A DNA stretch of 54,069 nucleotides, filler included, from Dimargaris cristalligena (Eukaryota): assembly GCA_003614675.1 (NCBI GenBank). It is 3 parts of 3 records of this genome, joined end to end, with 100 filler letters (N's around TTAATTAATTAA, not from the genome) between each part and the next. Parts side by side here need not be neighbours in the genome. Positions count along the whole stretch, not along the records: positions 1 to 17,965 come from ML002783.1; 2 more parts are not named here. One strand, given 5' to 3'. Below, piece by piece: positions 1 to 11,055 of this stretch. Within the stretch, counting starts at the first letter, position 1. Each line of letters opens with the position of its first letter. The position numbers and the translations under genes are program-made. A model generated the notes under the pieces. It searched no databases. It saw nothing but the letters and a program-made list of their open reading frames with translations, and was not told the DNA's origin.

Positions 1-1020
1 GTGGGAAGGAGACCAAGTAACTGGCGGTGGATAAACTCCAATTGAAAGTGGTGTAGGGGAAGTCGGGGTGCCACGGGGTAAACGAGGAGGGATGAACCTG
101 ACAATGTAATGCTTTAGAAGGGTAGCGTCAAAGGTAAGCCGATATGAAATGCTTATGGTGGGCCGTGGGCGCACAGAGACCAGAGGGTAGACAGGGGAAT
201 AAAGGGGAATGGAATACTACAAGATGAAGCAAAGAGCGACGGACCAAAGTGTCAAATTGTGGGGTACCGTATATTGGCTGGGCAATTCCAGTCCAACGGG
301 CACTTGGAGACTGGCTAAGCCAGTGTCAAATAGTAGACACTACAAGCCAGGCGTAGCGGGGGAACCCAGTCCCTTGGGAAACAGACCGGATATCCTCCTG
401 ACTGGCCTACCAGGGCTGGGTAACCCCGCCTTCTTGAGTATACAAGCTAAACAGAATGCCCTCTATTACATTCCCAATATGATTAAAAGCATCCAATGGA
501 TACACTATTGTGCTGGCGACGCTTTACAAAATAATGTATATTTTTAGAATGCTGTAGAATACTGCCGAAGGGTTTATAAATTAAATCATGACCATAGTCA
601 ACAACTTCCGGTAGTCAAGTCCCTCAACAACACCCCGACCACTAGTCAAGTGCAACTGTATTTAAATGGTATGCACCATACACTGAAAAATAGTGCTCTT
701 TAAACCTATTAAATACAAATTAGTGGGTTTCCGGGGGGCCATCTCCTGGGAATGTTTAGCCCTGACTTTGGCGGTGGGGACTTTAAAGCAGGTTTCTAAT
801 TGTAAACTCGAGTGCATTTTAAATCGGGGATTTTATCAAATATAGGGGGCTATATGATTGTCACGAACACTATTCATAATAATTCGAGACGATGCAATTG
901 TAGGCCAAGGGCAAGAGCTACTATAGAAATTGAAAATATTGACACATCCATACGAGAGGCTCTATCAAATTTATACGCCGTAGTAGGCCGGGTCAAATGA
1001 CCGTCACCAGCTTACTCCGG

Positions 1021-4000
1021 TTAAACATCATTGGTGGTCCATGTGGAAGGGGCATTGCCGTCTTCACCACCCTGTGCCATCTCAGTCCGCTGGTTCTTAT
1101 TACGATGACGGGGCTTACGCTGGCGACGTGACGCCGAGTACCGGCTGGTTCGTTCTGATTTCGACGGGTCAGTCGTCGTCGATTCCCCGTCCCCTTGGTC
1201 TTTTGACGGCGGCTGGGCCGTTTTTGAGGCGCGGTTGCGGCCGCCATTTTTACCCTTCCCGGATAACGACTTAGCAAGGTGTTTATTGGGGTGGAAATGG
1301 TTGGGGTTTTGGGGTAATTTACTAAGTCGGGCATTTAGCCGGGCGCGGAGTCGTTCGAGATTACCACCACCCTTTTCGGTATTGGCGGACCCTATCTTAT
1401 TGCCCCACTTACGCTTGCCATTCCCGGTGTTGGCCGAGATAAAGGGAGTCCGATAGGGCGCAAGTTCGTCGATGTTGATATAGCTTTCCAAATCGGCATC
1501 GTCGGCCAGTAGGATTTCCACGGCGGAGAGACCGTAATCCTCGTTTTTAACCTTTTGGTATTTGAACGCAATGGACGAATCGTCGTCGTCCTGTTTAATA
1601 GATCGGCATACAAATAAATAAATAAAAAATACCCCGGATTAGTAACATTGTATCGTATAGGGGGTATTCACGGGTGCGCGGAACTTGTTATGTGAATTAT
1701 GTGCGCTTAACAGCAGCCATGCCGGTCAGGTTAGGAAGAGCTATGAGAGGTATTATATAAAAACTTACGTTATCATCGGCATCGTCTGATTCCTGCTCAA
1801 CATTTCGACCCAAATCATCCTCATCGTCGGAGAACACGGGTTTCTACAACGTGGTCCAGTGGGTATATAATGAAGTATTGTGATTAGTATGGTACCGGAA
1901 CACAGGAGCAACAAAGGCCATAAAAAGCACCACATACTGCTCACAGCCCATGGAAATCAAGGAAAAGTTAGGCACCAGTACAGGTCCTAGACAGCATAAA
2001 GACAAGGCTATTAGCCAACACCCAGTAGCTGGGATAACTTACCTCGTTCATGTTCTCGTCAGCTCCGGCACTGAGAAGTTTCTCCATCAATTGCTCGTGG
2101 TTGCTATCCAGGAAGTCGCCCTCCAGCATGGCGTCATCCAAGGTTAAATTGGGGTTACCCGTGATACGACGCAGTTTAGCCAATTGTTTGGTGGAAACTG
2201 ACGCCGATACCGCCGCCGCCGCGGATCTATCACTACCGACGGTTTTAGTCAAATGGGCCAACTCTTGCTTGCGGGCCAGTTTCTCCTGGCGCTTCTGCTC
2301 GGCCAGACGCTGGCGGGCAATCTTACGCCGCGATTCCTTGCGACGTCCGCAGAGGGAACTGTCGAGTGGCTTCTGATAATAGGCCGACGACCCATCCTCG
2401 AATCGGAAGTCGTAGGCCTCTTCAAATGCGTCCATAATTTCTTCTTCGTCCTGATCTTCAATCAGTTTGAGGACTTCCTTTTTATCCATTTTAGTGGGTT
2501 GGGCGGTCTTGTCTTGCCAGCCCCGGTTGGTTAGGTAACTAGGGTAATATGTATCAGTAATAATAATGGCTGCTCAATGGAGTGGGTTAGGGCAGAATGG
2601 GAATGTTTACAACAATGCATGAGGTTAATGAAACTCGTCACTCGACGAGCGGCATTGATTGCTGGCATGTTAAAAAGCCCGACAGCGGTAGGAAAGATCC
2701 TCTAATTATTACGTAACACTACTAGAAAGATCCGTGAACTGAAACTTACCCCATCAAAAATTGATCGTCGGCATTCGCGGGCTCGGTCAGCCCCAGTCCG
2801 CTCCATTCTTGAAAAGCCGAGGACGCCTCCACATCATTCTGAAGTTTGCAAATTAGCCATGGTTAAGGCATAGAAGTTAGGTGAATAAACGGAGTTTTGT
2901 ATAAAATGGGCTAACTGTTTGGAAAAGAGTTCAGCCTAAACGAATCCCGACGACACCCGCCTCTAGGACAAGTAAGAGTGACAAGTGATATTTTTTTAAT
3001 TTAGGTGACTTACATTGACGTTCTCCAGCAAGAACTGCCGGTATTCCTCCTGTTCCTGGGCGATTTCTTCTTCGGTTTTATCCTTTACGGCGAACATACC
3101 GGATTCGTCTTCCGGCTCGGAAAGGCCCACGCCGTCAGCGGCGGCCCGGAGTTGCCTCTTGAAGAAGTCCTGTTGATCGGCATGGCTCAATTTAGAATCC
3201 GAGATGCGTTTCTTCGGCTGGGCTTCGGCTTCAGTCTCGGGCTCGGACTCGGACTCGGACTCGGAGCTGTTCCCACTGTCACTATCGCTTTCCTGACCGC
3301 TACTGGAACTGCCACCATCGCCACCCGACGGGGCGTTGCTGCTGGCTTCAGCAGTCTGACTGGCCGGTTTGACCGACTTATCTTGCCGTCCCGCTTGGCG
3401 CTTTTGCCATTCCTGCCGAATGCTGGCCATTTGCGACTCATCGAAAAAGTTCACCTGGGAATCGTACACTCGATTGTTTTTGCTGCGGATGGCCGAAATG
3501 GTTTTCAGGACTTGAATATCAACATCGGGAGCGTCCCAGGCGCTAGCGTCATCATCATTATCGTCGTCGTCATCATTGTCGCTATTATCATCATCGTCGC
3601 CGTCGCTACCACCGCCAACCGAGTTATCCGAGTCAGATTCACCGCCGCCCGATTCAAGGAGAGATGGGTCATCGGGGGATAGGTCGTATTTCCGCATAGC
3701 CCGGGCCATTTTCAATAGCTTTTTCTCTGAAATCTCGGTACCCTTGAAATGCGCGTTGACTAATAATTCGATTATTATTAGAAGTAATATTTCATATTTA
3801 AAACCCCCAAGGGTGGATAGGAGGACGGGTTTAGTCGATAGGTTGTTGAGATGCTATACTGCGGCTTAACCCGATATACTATCCGATAAAAAGGGTCGAG
3901 GGACCATGCTATTCAATAAAATAGCAATGGCGGGGCCTGCCAATAGGTTGGGTTGGCGGAATGGGCCTTTTCCCCTTGGCATTGGCGTGAGTTCACTGGG

Positions 4001-4111
4001 AGGGACTAGGTTTGTTGACTTACGTATCGTGTATTCCTCGGCATACGGCATCCGCTCAGTTTCGGGGACTGTCGCCGAAGGCATGGGCGAATCGTCATTG
4101 TAAGACGCCAT
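1021..4111 (-). CDS. KRI1: Kri1 family 40S ribosome biogenesis protein, 6 exons
   Basis: Exons (minus) 4111-4024, 3759-3014, 2838-2750, 2538-2043, 1843-1769, 1590-1021. All donors are GTAAGT, acceptors are YAG, and the phases join in frame. The spliced protein has acidic tracts and Kri1-like motifs: VLKTISAIRSKNNRVYDSQVNFF, FLMGYLTNRGW, FEEAYDFRFED..RRKESRRKIARQR, and C-terminal FKYQKVKNEDYGLSAVEILLADDADL..LAPYR. Confidence 0.9.
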
Positions 4112-4942
4112 GGTCAATTACTTGGGGTGATAAAATTTTAAAACTTATGAAGTCACTTCAAAACCAACTAAAGGAGGCAATGGAATTGGCACAATTCTGC
4201 AACCGAACAAAATTGTATTAGGTCAAAAGAGAGGAACTACAGAACCGAATGTGCGGCAATAGGAGGGGGACAATATAATAGCGCAGTGGAGTATAGTTAG
4301 TATACGTCCAACCATGAACTGGCAAGGATTTTAGATACCTCCAATCCCCCTCTACTGTATTAACAACTACTTCATAGTATGGGTATTTGAAATTATGGCT
4401 TATTTTTTTCTCAATCTTTTACGTGAAACTTGGGCAAAGTAGGCCAGATAAACGGAGACACTATTATCCGCACTCTGGACGGCACTGCTCAACTCTGTTC
4501 ACGTGATGCCGATGGATTATGGGTGTGCGCCAGCGCCATCCCCCCGAAACCACACAATGTATTTATCATTGGAAGGATTCTCCCAGCGCCAACGGGGCGG
4601 GTTGCATATTTGGGTGGTGAGGGCCAAGGCCACGGAATCTTTGCCCAGTTTGTCAGTAGGCCCCAAATTCACAGGGCGCTGAACTCATTCCATTTCTTCG
4701 GTCCTCTCATTCTCGCCACTTGCCTAACTCTTACTTTATCTAGGGACCATACGCCCGAACTACCACATTCCTATTCCCGTTCCGGTGGGGTTGACCAGTA
4801 CGTGCCAATACCCCCATTCCTCTACCTACGACATTCCTGTCCGTTTTGTAGTATACTATTCGGAAGGAACACATCCCCACTACCTTCACTTTTAACGTAC
4901 AACTCAGCACTCCCTTGTCAGGGAACTCCGCATGTAAACCAC

Positions 4943-7009
4943 ATGGGTCGTCGTCAACAACACATTCGCCGCCAGTCGTGGGTGGAGAAGGCCCAGGAGG
5001 CACCCCAGAACATTTGGTATACATGGCTAGAGGACTTCGAGTCCTTGGACTGGGATTTGATTCAGCGTCGCTCAAGGTAAGTATTTTGTGTACCCAGTAT
5101 CCCGTACGTAATGCTGGGTCTACTTGGTTGATGTCGGAGTTGAAGCCGAACTTTCTCCCCTCCTAACAATACGCAGGTGATGATTACCAAACCCTCCCGG
5201 CCCAATTTACCATTGCTTTTTTTTTGTAAAGGCATACTGCATCTGGGATTGTCGCATGCGATGTATTATTAACCACTATACCTACACCCAATTTATCCTA
5301 TATTGCGTTTATTCGGTAAAATAGCTGGCCACTGGCCATCGCTCTCAATGCATTCCTTATGCTCATCAAGATCTCTGTATTATTAGAACAACCCCCTGAG
5401 TCGACATCAGGCAGTATCCTACGAGATAGTAACAACAATCGCCGCGCCGCGAAATACAGAACGGCCTCGACCTTTATTGAGAAGGAATACCGAGACCAGA
5501 TGTCCCTGTATAGCACTCTCTACAGTTTTGGCTTCTGGGTAAGTCCTCACTTTGTATGGGCTCGTTTTGGTCGGTTTTTCTCAGGGAATTATAAAATTGA
5601 TAGTTGACGAGTAATCGCCATAAATAGTCCTTATTTTTCCGATACTTTCACTAACTTATCAACATATATATCGTGCTTTTATATATTCCTTGTTTCTAAT
5701 TGCGTTATTTTCCTAGCGATCGGTTCTTCTCTATATCATATTCGCGATTAGTATCGGCAACATGGTCTACCTGTTTTCCCGGACTCGCTCTTACCAGCTT
5801 CTCTACGCTGATCCTGCGGTAAGTAGCGGTTCTTCTAATTATGTACTTTAAACCCCATGTAGCACGTTGGTGCCAAGGCATCTGCACTACAAGCTTAAAA
5901 CTAGAAGCAGTACTAATTGATACGCGTTATACTATGCATGAACCATTACCAGGACCCACTCAATAGCACGAATCTCAGACTGGCAGCATTTGAATTTGAG
6001 CGCCCGACCTGGACGGAAACGTGGTACGGCCGTCTTATGTAAGTAACTAGGACCCATTACTTAAAACCCTCGTATAGTTCCCGGCATTGGTTATTGTGAG
6101 GGAAGCTGTTAACCACACCGATATGGCATCCAACATTGCTGGCTAACTCCCCGTCTTGGCGTAAACCCCCCATACTACACCTATATCAACCGCCATCTAT
6201 GTTTCATTATAGTTGGCCCTTTTGGAAGCGGTATGGACCGGCCAGTCGGACTCAAACGCGCGATATTCTTGAGCTGGACATGTGGAACCCGCCGATTTTG
6301 GCGAAGAATCTGTTCATATGGTTTTCTCCAGGGCAAGCGGTCCTTATCCAGTCGGCCAATGCTTCGAACTGGTACTACCTATTCCCCCTATCCCTTACTA
6401 TCGGCCTACAGGTAAATTGATTTTCTACCAGCACCACATTGACACCGGCTAATATATGCCGTACAGTACTATTAACTATCACTCGCCCTCCCCGGCTCTC
6501 CTCCACCTGCGTTCTGCTGGATTGTCTATAAAAAACTCGCCTTCCCCGAATCATCATAATTAGCTAACCCTTTTCATCGACTCATTTTTGGCACCTCTCC
6601 ATATCACTCACAAACCCCGAAGCTCCGCGTGGTATCAACCTGGTACGAGGCATTAGTCAAGGACAAACAGGTTCTCTTTGGGCAAATGTACAACGAATAC
6701 AATTATACGTACGTACACCCCCGGCTAAATGTCATCAAATGCGACAAAGTGACCGCCACCCCTGACACCATCCGGCTGCACCGACGACGGACGGTGCGAC
6801 GTCGGGTGGCTACTTCCTCAGCCTCATCATCCTCGGGTGCCCCAACCGGCTCCAATGTAGTGTCGGACAGTGAGCCCACATCGAGGGACCGTGGTAATAA
6901 TGACCATTTGTTTATCGGAGATGGGGTGGACCCTTTGGACGACCCTTATCAGCAACGGTTTAGCGCTGGTACATCCACCGATAACCCCTTTGATAGGAAA
7001 CACCGGTAG
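4943..7009 (+). CDS. NUR1: Nuclear rim protein Nur1/Mug154-like membrane protein, 6 exons
   Basis: Exons 4943-5076, 5325-5538, 5717-5818, 5953-6038, 6213-6411, 6623-7009 with GT..AG boundaries in frame. Motifs resemble the Nur1/Mug154 family: N-terminal HIRRQSWVEK..WLEDFESLDWD, hydrophobic segments, ELDMWNPP..LFIWFSPGQ and LVKDKQVLFGQMYNEYN..VHPRL. Confidence 0.8.
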
Positions 7010-7902
7010 TTTAGGGCGGCGCTTGGCACATGTCATCATCGTCGTTGCTTAATAAATGAAACACGAGTTTATTTTCCGAAATATAAAGCCAATAATTATA
7101 GAGCCATGGCCCAAAAGTGCTTCTCCGGCTGTTGTGGGCTGACCATTTAGTAGCAGTATCCTTATATCATAAAATATTCCCCTTAAAAATAAAATGAAAT
7201 TCTCAGTATCCAGCCATGAGTTTGATCTCGAGATACGGGACCCATAAGTTCCAATTCCTAAGCTATATGCTGCGAATAATTTGTTTGAACTGCCCTGCTC
7301 TTATGATGCCATGGGTGAATCAGGGACAAAACCTGTGGAGGAATACCAAACTTATACTTGCCGCTTTTGGAATTAATCGAGTTGGAAGGTGAAGAATGGT
7401 ATACCATGCCTTTTTCATCCCACTCCATTTATTCAATGGAAATTCCTGACACAGAGTGGCTATTTCCTATTTCCTACAGGTGAATACTGGGAAATATTGT
7501 CTGCGGGTTTACCACCCCCATCATGCGTGGACTTCAGCGATGGTGGGCGATAAGTATGTATGATAGCGGTGTGGATTTATATAGAACATATGATTCATAG
7601 TGACTGGATCCATGTAGCTATATGGTGGAGTGAACGACCAGAAACCCCCCCGGAAAGTAAAGTTACAGAGAGAGGGGGTGTTTGAAGGGGGGGTAGCAAG
7701 TGTAAAGAAGGGTGGTTGAGTGGGTCCCAAATTAGAGGAGTTGGTTCAACTGGAAAAGGAGGCGGGATATGAGGAGGCCTAAAGGGGGGGTTCGGCGATA
7801 GTGATCTTGGGCTATACATACTATGGATAAAATCCAGGCCATTGCATCCCCCTACCGTACACCCGTAAACCAGGGAAGAGAACGCCCCACGATTTTTTTT
7901 GC

Positions 7903-8419
7903 TTATGGGTTATTAGTATATCTCTCGTCGGGCACATAGTATTCAAATAAGACGCTTTTGGGGTTGGTGTTAATTTCACCGCCCCCCTCCTGCTTCAAAT
8001 ACATGCGGTTCTCCTTAAAGTCAAACCGTTCGACTTGGCCTCTGTATGTGCGTTCCCTCATCATGCGGCGGGTGAGGATGACCCAGTCTAAAAAGAGGCG
8101 GGTTAATGGTTCATAATTCAAATTGGATAGCAAATCATCCAGTATAACCAACTATTAGTCCAAACATTACTCAGCCGCTGCATTATAATTACCATGCATC
8201 GGTTTTCCGGATTCAGATGATATATAATGGCAGCCCAATGCTAGGGGGAGTGCACATCTCCTCAACTTCGGAACATGGCAAGCTTAAAAAAAATTATCAG
8301 CGACAACATGTTATAATCACGCTTAATAGGGGGGTTTGAAATTATAAAAATCGCCTTTTCGGGCACTTACCTCCGACCTTAAGCAACTTAACTTCACCGG
8401 AAATATGTTCGACCTTCAT
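7903..8419 (-). CDS. Orphan 77-aa protein with Sm/LSm- or Tudor/SH3-like pattern, 2 exons
   Basis: Exon 1 8419-8371 (CCAGCC ATG context, G|GTAAGT), a 283-nt intron ending ATTAAC..TTTTTAG, and exon 2 8087-7903. The phase-1 join gives MKVEHISGEVKLLKVGDWVILTRRMMRERTYRGQVERFDFKENRMYLKQEGGGEINTNPKSVLFEYYVPDERYTNNP. A pyrimidine-rich leader and TATATATAAA (about 8710-8721) lie upstream. Confidence 0.6.
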
Positions 8420-11055
8420 GGCTGGTGTTGGGCGTGAGGGATCTCGTTCGAGTAGGGGGGGTCTTGGGCTAAATAGACAGCGTATGACAAGGGTAGGATC
8501 GGTAGATGACAGTCAAAAGAGAGCGATAATAGCGGATATAAACAGAGTGGATACAGACGATATAATAGAGGAGGAGGGTGGTTGGAATAGTACAAGATAT
8601 CAGCAGTCAAATTAAGCAAAATAGGAATGCGAAAGGGGGGGTTGTTAAAATAAGGTAGAGCTGGAGAGTGTTTGATAATTTTGGATTTGGTGAGGGGGCC
8701 GCCAACCCCTTTATATATATACTTTTCAGTCGTCGGATCACCCAAGTTAACCCAACGCAACACCTGCTCCTGCGCGTGATATAAACCACAGTTCCCAGGG
8801 GTCGAGCTGGCCACAATAGCACCACGGCAGCTGTTACCCATTGCCACCTTGCTGATGTGTTTACCATCCATGAATGTGTAAGTCCCTTCCTCACCTCGGC
8901 CTTGCCCTTCTTCAGCATCAAAAATCATCATCCCCACCCGTCGTATCTTATAGACCCGGTCGGATAGACGCTCATTCAAGCCCCCTTTACCGGGTAATCC
9001 CTGGAATGGTGGAAGGCAGTTTGCGAGTATGGGGTTCATGAAACTAATGCCCATCGCTCCCTTCTTCCCTTCCCTTCCTCCATTTCCATTTACCATTCCG
9101 TAAGAGCTTTTTTATTCGACCCCACCAATAAGGCTAGATACAATTCACCGAGGGACATATTCCAAGCTCTTCAGTATTTTGTCCCTTCCTCTATCATGAA
9201 AATGACGTCGGTGTTATATATCGCCTTACAGTGATCCGATGACAACTGTTTCATCACCTGCGCTGCGGAGGCAAGTGCAACTCTACACTAAACCGATACA
9301 GGACTATACCGAGATTTACACCAATTGCAGCGTGGTGTTTTTTATGCACCTGGAAGTGGATTGGGAAGGAGGGAGTGGAGAACCCGCGGGGCCTTCATCA
9401 GGCCAAGGGGACTGGTACACCCAACTAAGGTGCGATGGTTTGGTGGATAGATAGGGGCTATATTGGTATTGTAGAGAAGGGCTAGAGGAAAGGAACGAGA
9501 CCTTCTACGCCGTGCATGAATCACCACCAACCAGCTGCAGCATCAACCATGTCGGTGCGCCGGATGCATTCCCATGGGACTGTCTTGGATTGATATTTGA
9601 AGATCAGTTCATTTCATATTTATTTGGTAAATAAATCCCTATTAATCATAGCTGCCGCTCCCAAGTTCCGGGTATTGGTATCTATGCGGTACTTAGCTTT
9701 TTTAGAGGTATTATTATTATGTTAGTCCAACCGCCCCCAAAAGATTAAACAGTTCTAAAGAGGTGCGAGAGATTCGGGCCCTAATTCGGGTGTCAAAGTT
9801 GGAGTCGGAGTCGGGCGGTTCCCACCACACCCCTGTTTCTTGGGATGGTGGGAATGGGTCTACATTGGTCCTGGGCAGCTAAATTAGGTTTGGTGGGCCC
9901 GAATTAGCCTGAACTGTATCTACAGATGTACACACACACACACTTTATAGCTCATAGTTCATATACACTTGCCAATGTTTAAAAAGCAGCATCGCCGAAT
10001 ATACACGGTTGCATTACCCAATCAATCATGGCCAAGGCCATTAGAACAAATGGTCAAGTGTGCTAAATATTGACTCGATTTATTGCCTGGGTTGTACAAA
10101 AAAAACAATCAAGCCTAATTTATAAGGTTCAAGATATAAAACGAATAGCAGGTCGAGTTGGGGGTGTTGTTGTTACCCCCAATGGACTAGACTATCCCCC
10201 AATGCAATTTTTATATACATGTAAATATGTATCATTAGTAATCACATGGGTTCATTGTGGGCTGCCTACGAAAAGTGGTGAAATGGTCAAGTTGTTTTTC
10301 GGCCACCCCTCAATAAGGCTAAAGTGCCCGAGCTTCTGACCCAAATAATGCACCGGGTTCACGGAATATACGCTTGAAAGTTGACCTTCTGAGTAATTCG
10401 GCTCGACATCCCCTCTATACCCTGCTTTGCCACATGTTTTTGGACTGCATAATCCAGAAAGAAATGTGGAATGATATCATTTCGAATGAACGAGTGTAAA
10501 GTGGGAATGGAGGGAGAAACGAGGAAACCATACCGGCAAGTGCAGACATAGGATTGGATCAGTCGGAATCAGGGTTTGTAAAGAAACTGGATAGTTGGTC
10601 TTGAAGTGTACTGCATATTTCATGTATGAGACGGTTCATCCTGACGGACACTTAGGAGGGAGGTGATTAATTAATGGGAGGAAAGGATGCCCCCCCCACC
10701 TCTCTTCGCCCACCCATCCACCCACTTTAGTCTACAAGGGTATAGTACTTATTAACTCAATAACGGGCACCACGTAGTGTCTAGCATTCGGACGAGCATT
10801 CCATTAGAAGGTTCAGTGACCCGGGTAAGGTAACGGGACACAAGGTGTATCTTTCGTCCCATTCACCCACCCCACAGGACATGATCCTCCTAGTTATAAT
10901 TCCACCCATGCAAGGCGCTACTTGCTAATGATCACCATGTGCAGGTGCCCCGCCACGCAAACCGATAATAACAGACTGGATTTACTGCGTTTCAATCATT
11001 TTTTTAATATATATATATATATACATCTATAATACATTCAGTAGGGACATGGGCT

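Noticed and set aside
3005..3682. 225-aa plus-strand ORF and similar long antisense ORFs (15515-16066, 19345-19794, 22172-22708, 26858-27331, 30002-30670)
   Set aside because: These are antisense shadows of GC-rich, codon-biased exons of KRI1, GGC1, ARF1, EFB1, GUF1 and PCP1, with no independent motifs.
4430..4942. N-terminal part of the 216-aa ORF 4430-5080
   Set aside because: It starts at TTG and runs through the KRI1/NUR1 promoter region. Only the part from ATG 4943 fits the Nur1 model.
8416..9096. 226-aa minus-strand ORF
   Set aside because: It has no recognisable motif and runs through the TATA and pyrimidine-rich leader of the 77-aa gene, so it is probably a chance ORF.
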